Part shown: in pieces, positions 20,254 through 29,314 of the stretch
How positions within the stretch are numbered: the stretch's first letter is position 1
Layout: every line of letters begins with the position of its first letter
Assembly: GCA_963755825.1 (NCBI GenBank)
Contig: CAVWLA010000001.1
Location: 258,808-322,807 of the forward strand
Length of the DNA stretch: 64,000 nt
Reading direction: 5' to 3'
Origin: an uncultured Acidobacteriota bacterium
Lineage (GTDB): Bacteria > Acidobacteriota > Thermoanaerobaculia > Multivoradales > UBA5704
Notes under the pieces: generated by a model
Told to the model about the DNA's origin: nothing
Databases searched by the model: none
What the model saw: the letters and a program-made list of their open reading frames with translations, nothing else
Made by a program: the position numbers and the translations under genes

Positions 20254-21347
20254 GTCCCCGACCTTCTATGGAGCTCGGCTGCTCGCAGCTCCGGGATCGT
20301 TCGTGCACCGATGCAAAACATCGAGATCTTGAGCTCCTGGACGATGCGCCGGATGCGCTCGGCGACGCGCTCGGGCGACTGCGTCGCCGCCTCCAGGAAC
20401 TGGTACGCCATGCCCGCCAGGTCGGCCCCGAGGGCGAGCGCCTTGGCCACGTCGATGCCGCTGCGCAGCCCGCCGCTGCCGATCACCGTCAGCCCGCCGA
20501 CGCCCTTCAATTCGCGGATGGCGACCGGCGTCGGGATGCCCCAACCGGCGAAGAGCTCGCCCAGCGCCACGTCGCCGGCGCGCGCCGCCTCGATCCGCGC
20601 CCAGCTGGTGCCGCCCGCCCCGGCGGTGTCGACGATGCGGATGCCGTGCTCGGCGAGCCGCCGGGCGACCTTCCCCGAGATGCCGGCGCCGACCTCCTTG
20701 GCGATCACCGGCACGGCGAGCTCGCGCGCCACCTCGCCCATCTTCGCCAGCAGTCCCGAGAAGTTGCGATCTCCCTCGGGCTGGATCGCCTCCTGCAGCG
20801 GGTTCAAGTGGAGGACGAGAGCATCCGCGGCGATCATCTCCACCGCCCGCCGGCACTCGTGAATACCCATGCCGTAGTTGAGCTGCACCGCCCCCAGATT
20901 GGCGAGCAGCGGCACCGACGGAGCGGCGTTCCGAACGCGAAAAGTATCAGCTTTTGTAGGATCTTCCAACGCCTTGCGCTGCGAGCCGACGCCCACCGCG
21001 ACACCCTCCGCCTCGGCGCCGGCGGCGAGGTTGCGGTTGATGTCGCCGGCGATCGCGGTGCCGCCGGTCATGCACGAGACGAGGAGCGGCGCGGCGAGGC
21101 GCTTGCCGAGGAACTCGACCGAGGTGTCGATCTCGTCGAAGTCGATCTCGGGGAGCGCGCTGTACTCGAAGCTCCAGTCGGCGAAGTAGCTGGCCTCCGC
21201 CTGCATGCGCGGATCGAGCGCCAGCCGGATGTGCTCGGCCTTGCGGTCGCGCTCCGCCGCCGGTTCGGCCGGCCGCTCCGCTCGGCCGTCGGCGGTGTTG
21301 GAGGCGCTGGCCGCCGTCAGCTCGCCGGCCCCTGTCCGGGCGCTCAC
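20250..21347 (-). CDS. fni: Type 2 isopentenyl-diphosphate isomerase (FMN-dependent IDI-2)
   Basis: C-terminal part of ORF 20250-22406: RKAEHIRLAL, VSCMTGG, VGSQR, VIAKEVGAG, DTAGAGGTSWA. Start assigned to GTG at 21345-21347, overlapping the upstream stop (GTGA), with GGGAG 8 nt upstream. Confidence 0.8.
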   Translation of the reverse strand: MSARTGAGELTAASASNTADGRAERPAEPAAERDRKAEHIRLALDPRMQAEASYFADWSFEYSALPEIDFDEIDTSVEFLGKRLAAPLLVSCMTGGTAIAGDINRNLAAGAEAEGVAVGVGSQRKALEDPTKADTFRVRNAAPSVPLLANLGAVQLNYGMGIHECRRAVEMIAADALVLHLNPLQEAIQPEGDRNFSGLLAKMGEVARELAVPVIAKEVGAGISGKVARRLAEHGIRIVDTAGAGGTSWARIEAARAGDVALGELFAGWGIPTPVAIRELKGVGGLTVIGSGGLRSGIDVAKALALGADLAGMAYQFLEAATQSPERVAERIRRIVQELKISMFCIGARTIPELRAAELHRRSGT

Positions 21348-22522
21348 TCCTCGCGCTCCCGCAGGTAGTCGAGGAGGCCGCTGAAGAAGGCGTGGCCGGA
21401 GCCGCCGAGGGAGAGCTCGGCGAGCGCGTCGGCGGCGATCGCCAGCCGCGCCTCGATCATCTCGCCGACGCGGGCGCGGGCGCCGGTGGCCTCGAGGATG
21501 CGCTGCACCCGCGCCACCTCCGCCGGCGCCAGCTCGGGGTTGCCGAAGGCGGCGTCGATCGCCTGGCGGTCGGCCGGCGAGGCGGCGGCGAGCGCGTGGT
21601 GGATCAGGAAGGTGAACTTCCCCTCGGTCAGGTCGGCGCCCACCGGCTTGCCGACCGTCTCGGCGTCGCCGAACATGCCGAGGAGATCGTCCTGGAGCTG
21701 GAAGGCCTCGCCGATGGCGCCGCCGTAGCGGGTGAGCACGGCGCGCCTCTCGGCGGTGGCCCCGGCGAGAATGGCGCCGAGCTCGATCGGCCGCTCGCAG
21801 GTGTAACGCCCCGACTTCAGCCGCAGCACCGAGAGCAGCTCCTCGGCGCCGGCCTGCTCGGCGGTGCCGCCGCGCAGCGCCACGAGGAGCTCGAGATACT
21901 GGCCGCCGATGACCTCCTGCGACATCGCCGAGAACGAGCGCGCCAGCTCCGCGGCCCGCCGGCGGTCGTCGGCCGTGGCGCCGCCGACCTGCACCAGCGC
22001 GGAGGTGAAGAGCTCGACCGCCCAGGTATGGGCGAGATCGCCGAGGAGGATGCCGACCGAGGCGCCGAAGTCGCGGGCGTCGCCGCGCCAGCGGTGCGCC
22101 AGGTGCGCCTCGCGGAAGCGCACGTGCGCCGCCGGCTGGCCGCGCCGCACCTCGGCGTGATCCATGATGTCGTCGTGGATCAGCAGGTAGGTGTGGAGGA
22201 GCTCGGTGGCGAGGGCGAGCGGCAGCGCCGCGAAGTCGTCGCGCCCGCCGCAGGCGTGGTAGGTGTAAAAGACGAGGGCCGGCCGCAGGCGCTTGCCGCC
22301 CTGGCGGGTGAGCGCCGCGACGCCGTCGATCAGCTCGAGCGTCGCCGCCGCCGCGGACGCACCGGCCGCGTCCGCCGCGGCCTGGCGCCGCTTGCCGTCG
22401 ATCCACTCGGCGAGCGAGCGATCGACGGTGGCGCGGAAATCGGCGATCAGCGCGGCGAAGCTCTCCGCCGCGCGGCCGGCGGCCGGAGCGGGGGTGCTGG
22501 TGGCGGCGGTGGATCGGGTCAT
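21344..22522 (-). CDS. idsA: Polyprenyl diphosphate synthase (geranylgeranyl/farnesyl diphosphate synthase family)
   Basis: ORF 21344-23593 trimmed to ATG 22520-22522 (MTRSTAATST). First and second Asp-rich motifs LLIHDDIMD and FQLQDDLLG. First gene of the operon. Confidence 0.85.
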   Translation of the reverse strand: MTRSTAATSTPAPAAGRAAESFAALIADFRATVDRSLAEWIDGKRRQAAADAAGASAAAATLELIDGVAALTRQGGKRLRPALVFYTYHACGGRDDFAALPLALATELLHTYLLIHDDIMDHAEVRRGQPAAHVRFREAHLAHRWRGDARDFGASVGILLGDLAHTWAVELFTSALVQVGGATADDRRRAAELARSFSAMSQEVIGGQYLELLVALRGGTAEQAGAEELLSVLRLKSGRYTCERPIELGAILAGATAERRAVLTRYGGAIGEAFQLQDDLLGMFGDAETVGKPVGADLTEGKFTFLIHHALAAASPADRQAIDAAFGNPELAPAEVARVQRILEATGARARVGEMIEARLAIAADALAELSLGGSGHAFFSGLLDYLREREE

Positions 22523-22675
22523 GACGGGGGCTCGAGAGCGCACGCCGTGCGCCCCTGCCGCGCGAAGTTTACCGGAATTCCTCCAGGGGCGGAGGCGGGC
22601 GCCGGACCGTGAGACCGCCCGGCCGCCTGGGCTATGCTGCCGCCCGTCCAGCCCCCCATCCATGAGGAGGAGCGC

Positions 22676-23515
22676 ATGGCCATCGCGATCTACCAGGTGG
22701 ACGCCTTCACCGATCGCCCCTTCGCCGGCAACCCCGCCGGCGTCTGCCCGCTGCCGGCGTTTCCCGCCGCCGATTGGATGCGCGCGGTGGCGGCGGAAAT
22801 GAACCTCGCCGAGACGGCGTTCGTCGTCCGCCACGAGAGCCCCGCCGGCGGCGGGGTGGAGCTCGACCTGCGCTGGTTCACGCCGACGATCGAGGTGAAG
22901 CTCTGCGGCCACGCGACGCTCGCCGCGGCGCATCTCCTCTGGGAGATCGGCGCCGTGCCGGCGGGGGAGGGGATCACCTTCCACACGCTCTCCGGACCGC
23001 TCGGCGCGGTGCCGGCCGGCGACTGGATCGAGCTCGACTTCCCCGCCGAGCCGCCGGCGCCGCTCGCCACGCCGCCGGACGGCCTCGCCGCCATGCTCGG
23101 CGCCACGCCGCTCTGGGTGGGAGCGAATCGCTTCGACCTGGTCGTCGAGGTGACGGCGGAGGAGGTGGTGCGCGATCTGGCGCCCGACATCCGGCGCCTC
23201 AAGGCTCTGCCGTATCGCGGCGTTCAGGTGACCGCGGCCGCGGCTCCGGGTTCTTTGGCGGACGGCTACGATTTCGTCTCGCGTTTCTTCGCCCCGGCCG
23301 CCGGAGTCGACGAGGACCCGGTCACCGGCTCCGCTCACTGCTGCCTGGGACCCTTCTGGAGCGGCAGGCTGGGGAGGAAGGCGCTCGTCGGCCGCCAGCT
23401 CTCGGCGCGCGGCGGAACGGTGCGGGTGGAGACGCTGGGCGAGCGGGTGAGCCTCGGTGGGCAGGCGGTGACGGTCATCCGCGGCGAGCTGGTGGGGAGC
23501 GCGACGACGTTCTAG
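22676..23515 (+). CDS. PhzF-family phenazine-biosynthesis-like isomerase
   Basis: MAIAIYQVDAFTDRPFAGNPAGVC N-terminus with GAGGAGG RBS. Two-domain DAP-epimerase-like fold motifs (GHATLAAAH, GSAHCCLGPFW). Confidence 0.75.
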   Translation: MAIAIYQVDAFTDRPFAGNPAGVCPLPAFPAADWMRAVAAEMNLAETAFVVRHESPAGGGVELDLRWFTPTIEVKLCGHATLAAAHLLWEIGAVPAGEGITFHTLSGPLGAVPAGDWIELDFPAEPPAPLATPPDGLAAMLGATPLWVGANRFDLVVEVTAEEVVRDLAPDIRRLKALPYRGVQVTAAAAPGSLADGYDFVSRFFAPAAGVDEDPVTGSAHCCLGPFWSGRLGRKALVGRQLSARGGTVRVETLGERVSLGGQAVTVIRGELVGSATTF

Positions 23516-23529
23516 ACGCTGAGCTGCAG

Positions 23530-23585
23530 GCGATCCCGCCTCCGCTGCGCCGGAGAGGAGCCCGGTGGAGCGGCGACGGGATCGC
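23530..23585. terminator. GC-rich compound hairpin between convergent genes (candidate bidirectional terminator)
   Basis: gcgatcccg ... cgggatcgc stem (9 bp) enclosing an inner ctccg/cggag stem. No T-tract, as usual for high-GC genomes. Confidence 0.35.
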
Positions 23586-23605
23586 TCTCGCATCCCGCCC
23601 AGCGG

Positions 23606-23794
23606 CTACTTGGCGGCATCCACCTCGGCGCGGCCGATCTTCTCTTGCACCTTGCCGACGTTCTTCTGCGCCTTGCCCTTGAGCTCCTGGCCGAGGTCGC
23701 CGGTCACCGCGCCCGCCACTTCGTTCGCCTTGCCGCGGATCTGCTTGTCGACGCCCTCGCCCTGGTTCTTCACGCCGTGATCGCCGATTCCCAT
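23606..23794 (-). CDS. CsbD-family general stress protein (62 aa)
   Basis: MGIGDHGVKNQGEGVDKQIRGKANEVAGAVTGDLGQELKGKAQKNVGKVQEK, the KGKAxExxG repeats typical of CsbD. GGAGA RBS. Confidence 0.7.
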   Translation of the reverse strand: MGIGDHGVKNQGEGVDKQIRGKANEVAGAVTGDLGQELKGKAQKNVGKVQEKIGRAEVDAAK

Positions 23795-23878
23795 GGTCGT
23801 CTCCTTGCGGCGAGAGCCGCGTTCTTGCAGGCGTCGTCGCTTCGTGTTGGGATACTGCCTGCGCCAGCATTCCACTGC

Positions 23879-26629
23879 ATGGATCGTTCCAACTCCTTTC
23901 GATCGGTTCCGCCGCCGCGGCGTCGGCGCGTGCGCCGCCTCGCCGTCGCCGCCCTGTCGCTGGCGCTCGCCGGCGCGCCGCGGCCGGTGCTCGCCGGCGT
24001 CGACCGCTGGACCTCGCTCGGCCCGCCGGGCGGTCGAGCGCTCGGCCTGGCGTTCGCTCCCGCCGAGGCAGGGGAGCTCTACCTCTCCGCCGACGGCGGT
24101 CTCTGGAAGAGCGTCGATGGCGGCTCGTCGTGGTGGCATCTCACCGCCGAGGGCGCCGCCGCCCCGCTCGCCGTCGACCCCTTCGACGACCGCATCGTCT
24201 ACGCCGCTCCCGGCGACCGCATCGAGCTCAGCCAGGACGGCGGGCTCACCTGGACGACGGTGCGCACGTCGCCGGGCGAGCGCTTCGTGGCCCTCGCCGC
24301 CGACCGCCAAGCCGCCGGCACCGTCTATGCCCTCGCGGCCGGGCACGGCGTACTGAAGAGCATCGACCACGGCTGGACCTGGACCGACGCCAGCGCCGGG
24401 CTCGCCGGGTTCGGCGCGTACTCCTCGCTGGCGCTCGACCCCAGCCGCCCGGGCGCGCTCTACGTGTCGACCGCGGGCGGCGTCTACGCCAGCGCCGACG
24501 GCGCCCGCCGCTGGTCGCGGGGCGGGCGCGGCCCCGCCGGCGAGATCGTCGCCGGCCGCCTCGCGGTCGCCGCCGCGCCGGGCGGCGTCGCTGTCGTCTA
24601 CGCCTTCGTCGGCGGCGCCAGCGGCGCCTGCCTGCTGCGCAGCACGGACACCGGCGCCTCGTGGACGGCGGTGGCGGCGCCCGCTCTCCAGCCGCAGGGG
24701 CCCTTCGACTGCCGCGACGTCGCGGTCGATCCGCTGGATGCCGGCCGGCTCTTCCTGCTGGCGAGCGACGGCAGCCTCTACAGCAGCGCCGACGGCGGCG
24801 GCGCCTGGCAGCTCGCCGGCCGCCTGCCCGGTCTCTTCGCGGCTCTCCGCCTCGATCCGCACGACCCGCGCACGCTCTACGCGCTCGCCGGTGCCGGCAG
24901 CGACGACGGGGTGGCGCGCAGCGGCGACGGCGGCCGCACCTGGCGGACGATCGACGACGGCTTCGATGCCCTCTCGATCGAGCGTTTGGCGACCGCCAGC
25001 GGCGCCCTCGGCACGCTCTACGCGCTGGCGACCGACGGCGCGCTGTGGAAGAGCGGCGACTACGGTATCCAATGGGCGCCGCTCGCCATCGGCCTGCCGA
25101 GCTTCGAGCTGGCGGTCGATCCCTTCGACGCGCAGCACGTGCTGCTCGCTCTCTCGAGCGGCACCATCGCCAGCCGCGACGGCGGCGCCACCTGGTCGCC
25201 GGCGCCGGGGGCCGGACCCGCCGGCGTCGTGCGCCTCGCCTTCGATCCCTTCGTCCGCGAGTCGCTCCTCGCCGGCACCGCGGACGGCCACATCTTCGCC
25301 AGCCACGACGCAGGAGCGAGCTGGGCGGCGCTGGCGGCGGCCGGTCCGGCCTGCGCCTCCTGCTCGCCGGCGGCGGTCGCCTTCGTCTTCGATCCCGTCG
25401 ACCCGCGGCATCTCTATGCCGTCGTCGGCGGCCGGCTCGCCGTCAGCGGCGACGCCGGCGCCTCGTGGACGGCGCAGCCGGCGGCCGGCGGCGACCTGCG
25501 GGCGCTCATCCTCGATCCCTCGGCGCCGCGCACGCTCTACGCCGGCGGCTGCGACGGTGTCCGCAAGAGCCCGGACGGCGGCATCACCTGGCGCGCCAGC
25601 GGCGAGGGCATCGCGCTCGCCGCGGCCGGTGCCGCGTCACCCGCGTGCGTGGAGCGGCTGGCGATCGACCCGCGCCGCCCGGAGACGCTCTACGCCGGCG
25701 CCGGCGGCGCGCTCTCCGGCCTCTACCGCAGCACCGATGCCGGCGCCAGCTGGGCGCCGCTCGCCGGCGCCGCCGGCCTGCCGGCCGATGCGGCGGTCCG
25801 CGCGCTGGCGCTCGAGCCGACTGACTCGGGCCGCCTCTATGCCGCGACCTCGTCGCTGGGTGTGGTGACCGGGCGCTTCGCGGGCGCGGCGCCGCTCGGC
25901 CTCGGCGCCACGCCGGCGGGAGCGGCGCGCTACAGCCTGCGCGCCGCCTGGCGGGACTTCGCCGGCGACACCGGGCCGGCGACGCCGGTGGCGCTCGGCG
26001 CCGACGCCGGCTACTTCTCGTTCTTCTCGCCGGCCGACCTCGAGCTCGCCGTCAAGGTGCTCGACGGCAGCGGTGTCAACGGCCACCTGTGGGCGTTCTA
26101 TGGTTCGCTCACCGACGTGCAGTTCGAGCTCACCGTCGCCGACGCGCTGACCGGCGCCGTCCGCTCGTACTTCAATCCCGCTGGGCAGCTGGCGAGCGTC
26201 GGGGATACCGGCGCCCTGCCGGCGCTCGCCGCCGCCGAGCCCCCGGCTCCCTTCCGGCGCCCGCCGCCGATCGCGGCGGTCGCCTTCCCCCCGGCTCCCT
26301 GCGCTGCAGGAGCGGCGGATCTCTGCCTCGCCGCCGGCCGGTTTCGCGCCACGGTCGTATGGCAGACCGCCGCCGGCTCCGGCGCCGGCCAGGCGATTTC
26401 GCTCGGCGACGACGGCGGCTATTTCTGGTTCTTCGTTCCCGGCGTCCCCGAGCTCGCCGTCAAGCTGCTCGACGGCCGCGCCGTCAACGGCCGCTACTGG
26501 CTCTTCTACGGGGCGCTCTCCGACGTCGAGTACGACCTCCGGGTGGAGGACCTGACGACCGGCGCCGTGCGCGCCTACCACAACCCCGCCGGGCACCTGG
26601 CGAGCGCGGCCGACGTCGACGCCTTCTGA
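23879..26629 (+). CDS. Secreted BNR/Asp-box repeat protein (13 S-x-D-x-G-x-T/S-W repeats) with two tandem copies of an unrecognised ~105 aa C-terminal domain
   Basis: ORF 23645-26629 trimmed to ATG 23879 (signal peptide MDRSNSF...LALAGAPRPVLAG). Repeats SVDGGSSWWH, SQDGGLTWTT, SIDHGWTWTD, STDTGASWTA, KSPDGGITWR and others. The C-terminus has two copies of the FxV...DDxGYFWFF...VKxLDG...YW..Y....V......TG....Y.NP module. Confidence 0.75.
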   Translation: MDRSNSFRSVPPPRRRRVRRLAVAALSLALAGAPRPVLAGVDRWTSLGPPGGRALGLAFAPAEAGELYLSADGGLWKSVDGGSSWWHLTAEGAAAPLAVDPFDDRIVYAAPGDRIELSQDGGLTWTTVRTSPGERFVALAADRQAAGTVYALAAGHGVLKSIDHGWTWTDASAGLAGFGAYSSLALDPSRPGALYVSTAGGVYASADGARRWSRGGRGPAGEIVAGRLAVAAAPGGVAVVYAFVGGASGACLLRSTDTGASWTAVAAPALQPQGPFDCRDVAVDPLDAGRLFLLASDGSLYSSADGGGAWQLAGRLPGLFAALRLDPHDPRTLYALAGAGSDDGVARSGDGGRTWRTIDDGFDALSIERLATASGALGTLYALATDGALWKSGDYGIQWAPLAIGLPSFELAVDPFDAQHVLLALSSGTIASRDGGATWSPAPGAGPAGVVRLAFDPFVRESLLAGTADGHIFASHDAGASWAALAAAGPACASCSPAAVAFVFDPVDPRHLYAVVGGRLAVSGDAGASWTAQPAAGGDLRALILDPSAPRTLYAGGCDGVRKSPDGGITWRASGEGIALAAAGAASPACVERLAIDPRRPETLYAGAGGALSGLYRSTDAGASWAPLAGAAGLPADAAVRALALEPTDSGRLYAATSSLGVVTGRFAGAAPLGLGATPAGAARYSLRAAWRDFAGDTGPATPVALGADAGYFSFFSPADLELAVKVLDGSGVNGHLWAFYGSLTDVQFELTVADALTGAVRSYFNPAGQLASVGDTGALPALAAAEPPAPFRRPPPIAAVAFPPAPCAAGAADLCLAAGRFRATVVWQTAAGSGAGQAISLGDDGGYFWFFVPGVPELAVKLLDGRAVNGRYWLFYGALSDVEYDLRVEDLTTGAVRAYHNPAGHLASAADVDAF

Positions 26630-26639
26630 AGACGGCGAC

Positions 26640-26670
26640 GGGTCCGGGCGCCGTGCAGCGTCCGGACCCG
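26640..26670. terminator. Hairpin between convergent genes
   Basis: gggtccgg-N14-ccggaccc immediately after the stop at 26629 and before the 3' end of the minus-strand gene. Confidence 0.35.
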
Positions 26671-26690
26671 CGCGTCGAGCCGGCGCTCCG

Positions 26691-27539
26691 CTACGGACAG
26701 TTGGGGAGCGAGCTGGTGTCCTGGATCGGCTGGAACGCCTCGTTCTGCGGGTTGGTGTAGAGGCGGATGAAGCCGGTGGAGGTGTCGGTGACGGTGATCT
26801 GCGTAAAGACGTTGGTGAGGCCGCCGGCGAAGAACCAGTAGTGACTGTTGAGGGAGCAGCCGTCGAGAACCTTCAGCACCGTCTCGACGTTCGACGCCGA
26901 GAAGAACCAGAGATAGCCGGTGTCGTCGGTGAGCTTGACCACCTGGGCGGCGCCGGCCTGCTGCGGCGTCGAGTACCTGGCGGTGACCTGGAAGCGGTTG
27001 CCTGCTCCCAGGCAGAGCGTCGTGCTGGTCGGCGTGCAGGTGGAGGGCGCCGCCGCCGAGCAGCCGAGCGTCAGGCTATAGGTTCCCACCTGGTTGACGG
27101 CATGGCTCGAGGCAACGGCGAAGTAGGTTCCCGTCGTCGGCGCGGTGAACGAGACCTGCGAGTTGGTGCCGCCGCCGCTGTCGTCGTCCTGGATGACCGG
27201 GTTGCCGTTCTCGTCCTCGATGATGAGGTAGGTGTCGAAGTTCGCCGAGGCGAGGGAGACGGCGATCTGCTGGCCGCCGGTGGCGCTGAACCGGTAGAAG
27301 TCGTCGAAGAAGGAGCCGACGCTGCCGTTCGGCCCCGGCTCGGTGCAGTCGCTCGCCACCAGGCTTCCGGACACCGTCTGGCCGCAGGCGAGGGGAACGA
27401 CGGTGGAGCAGCTCGGGTTGGTGCCGCGGCGGGCGAGCCGCGGTGAACCCGGAGCCGTCGCTGCGGCCGAGGCGTTGGCGGCCGCCGCGGTGGCGAGCAG
27501 GAGTCCGCACGTGGTGGACAAGATGGATGAGCGCTTCAT
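26691..27539 (-). CDS. Secreted protein: signal peptide + PPC-like (pre-peptidase C-terminal-like) domain + shared C-terminal ~105 aa module
   Basis: 282 aa. N-terminal signal peptide, then a GSFFDDFYRFSATGGQQIAVSL...GTYSLTLGC beta-sandwich motif typical of PPC domains. The C-terminus (...LTDDTGYLWFFSASNVETVLKVLDGC...DTSSLPNCP) is homologous to modules in 23879-26629, 27679-28509 and 55088-55999. Confidence 0.65.
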   Translation of the reverse strand: MKRSSILSTTCGLLLATAAAANASAAATAPGSPRLARRGTNPSCSTVVPLACGQTVSGSLVASDCTEPGPNGSVGSFFDDFYRFSATGGQQIAVSLASANFDTYLIIEDENGNPVIQDDDSGGGTNSQVSFTAPTTGTYFAVASSHAVNQVGTYSLTLGCSAAAPSTCTPTSTTLCLGAGNRFQVTARYSTPQQAGAAQVVKLTDDTGYLWFFSASNVETVLKVLDGCSLNSHYWFFAGGLTNVFTQITVTDTSTGFIRLYTNPQNEAFQPIQDTSSLPNCP

Positions 27540-27678
27540 GCGCGTCGTCTCCTTTATGTGGAAACCGCCCCGCGCGGACGGTCCGACCGCCCAAAGATTG
27601 CAAGGCTGTTGCCAGTCGGCGAGCGGCGGGCCGGAGCGCCTGGCGGCGCCCCGGCCTCGCGACGCAGCACGCCGTACC

Positions 27679-28509
27679 CTACGGACAGTTGGGGAAGGCG
27701 CTGGTGTCCTGGATCGGCTCGAAGGCCTGGTTCAGCGGATTGGTGTAGAGGCGGGTGAAGCCGGTCGTCGTGTCTGTCACCTTGATCTGCGTGTCGACGT
27801 TGGTGAGGCCGCCGGCGAAGAACCAGTAGTGGCCGCCGAGCGTGCAGCCGTCGAGCACCTTGAGCACCGTCTCGACGTTCGACGCGTTGAAGAACCACAG
27901 GTAGCCGGTGTCGTCGGTCAGCTTCACGATCTGCGCCTGGCCGCTCTGCTGCGCCGACTGGAAGGTCGCCTGGACCTGGAAGCGGTTGTTGACGAGGCAG
28001 AGCGTCGTCGGCCCCGGAGCGCAGGTGGTGGCGCCGGAGCTGCCGCAGGCGAGGGTCAGGCTGTACGGGCCGGTCGCCGCCGTCTGGGCGCTCGAGGCGA
28101 CGGCGTAGTAGGTGCCGCTGGTGGGCACCGTGAAGGAAGCCCGCGAGTTGGTGCCGCCGCCGCCGTCGTCGTCCTGCTGGATGACGTTGCCGGCACCGTC
28201 CTCGATGAAGAGGTAGGTGTCGACGGTCGCCGAGGAGAGCGAGATCGCGATCTGCTGCCCGGCGGTGGCGGTGAAGCCGTAGAGGTCGTCGTAGAAGAAG
28301 CCGCCGCCGTTGGCCGGCTCCTGGCAATCGGTGGTGGCGAGGGTACCGTTGACCGTCTGACCGCAGCTCAGCGGCGTGAGCGGGCAGGTGGTCCCGGCCC
28401 GCGGCGCGAGCCTGGCGAGCGCCTCCGGCTTGGCCGGCACCCCGGCCGCGGCCGGCCCGGCGGCGGTGAGCAAAAATCCCAAGCTCCAAGCGAACGACGA
28501 ATGTCTCAT
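27679..28509 (-). CDS. Tandem paralog of 26691-27539 (PPC-like domain + shared C-terminal module)
   Basis: 276 aa, same architecture. The C-terminal halves are near-identical (VKLTDDTGYLWFF...VETVLKVLDGC) and the 3' UTRs also match (ctacggacagttgggga). Confidence 0.65.
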   Translation of the reverse strand: MRHSSFAWSLGFLLTAAGPAAAGVPAKPEALARLAPRAGTTCPLTPLSCGQTVNGTLATTDCQEPANGGGFFYDDLYGFTATAGQQIAISLSSATVDTYLFIEDGAGNVIQQDDDGGGGTNSRASFTVPTSGTYYAVASSAQTAATGPYSLTLACGSSGATTCAPGPTTLCLVNNRFQVQATFQSAQQSGQAQIVKLTDDTGYLWFFNASNVETVLKVLDGCTLGGHYWFFAGGLTNVDTQIKVTDTTTGFTRLYTNPLNQAFEPIQDTSAFPNCP

Positions 28510-28594
28510 GCGCGTCCTCCTCCAAGATGGGAACCACCCTCTGTGGATGGTCCGCTGGCTGTCCGTCGATCGGGCGGTCGAGCCTCTGGTCGCA

Positions 28595-29290
28595 TCACCA
28601 CTCGATGTTCTGCAAGCTGCCTGCCGGGGCCGTCACGGCGAGCGAGCCGTGGAGGCCGCCGCCGGTCACCGTACCGTGGATCGACTGGGGAGGGAAGGCC
28701 GCGGGAGCGGCGGCGGCGAGGCTCGGGAGGGCGAGCTGTGAGGTGTCGCCGGCGATCGTGACGTCGATCTGGAACGCGCCGGCGCCTGTCGCGGTGACCT
28801 GGCCGACGAACGCCAGCGCCGGTCCGTGGGCGAGGCCGCTCGCCGATTCGTAGCGCGCGCCGTGGAGCAGGCCGTGCACCGGCCCTGCCGCCCAGCCGTC
28901 GCCGTCCCGCAGCGCCTTGATGGCGGTCGCCACATAGGGGTTCTGCGCCGCGAGCGCGCCTTCCATCGCGGCCGCGCTCGGCAGCGGCGCCGGCGCGGCG
29001 GCGGTCGGCGCCGCGATCGCGGAAGGGTCCGGCGCGGGAGTCGCGCGGCCGCAGCCGGCCTGCGGCGCTCCCCAGGCGCGGCAGTAGGCGAGGTAGCTGT
29101 CGCCGCCCCAGGGCAGCGCGCCGCCTCCGCACTCGCAGAAGCCGCCCGCCGCCGCCGCGGCGCAGTCGGCCTGCGCACAGCTCCCCGAGCTGCAGTCCTG
29201 CGCGCAGGCGAGGCCCTGCGCCCGAGACGCCGGCGCCGCGGCGGCGAGGAGCAAGAGGGCGGTGAGAGAGGTGAGCCAGAGAGTGCGCAT
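28595..29290 (-). CDS. Secreted hypothetical protein with Cys-rich N-terminal segment
   Basis: 231 aa with signal peptide MRTLWLTSLTALLLLAAAAPASRAQG, 10 Cys in the first 80 residues (CAQDCSSGSCAQADC...CECGGG) and an Ala/Gly-rich remainder. No recognisable domain. Confidence 0.4.
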   Translation of the reverse strand: MRTLWLTSLTALLLLAAAAPASRAQGLACAQDCSSGSCAQADCAAAAAGGFCECGGGALPWGGDSYLAYCRAWGAPQAGCGRATPAPDPSAIAAPTAAAPAPLPSAAAMEGALAAQNPYVATAIKALRDGDGWAAGPVHGLLHGARYESASGLAHGPALAFVGQVTATGAGAFQIDVTIAGDTSQLALPSLAAAAPAAFPPQSIHGTVTGGGLHGSLAVTAPAGSLQNIEW

Positions 29291-29314
29291 CGGTCGGCCT
29301 CCGTCAGTGCTCGC

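Noticed and set aside
12610-20862. Large overlapping ORFs in other frames (12610-14976 +, 12716-14737 -, 14649-16166 +, the N-terminal 2 kb of 15776-18841 -, 17048-18550 +, 18856-20862 +)
   Set aside because: They have no domain signatures, show extreme R/P/G/A bias, and lie opposite or overlapping genes with clear catalytic motifs (M1 peptidase, SQS, IPK, MVD, MVK, HMGR).
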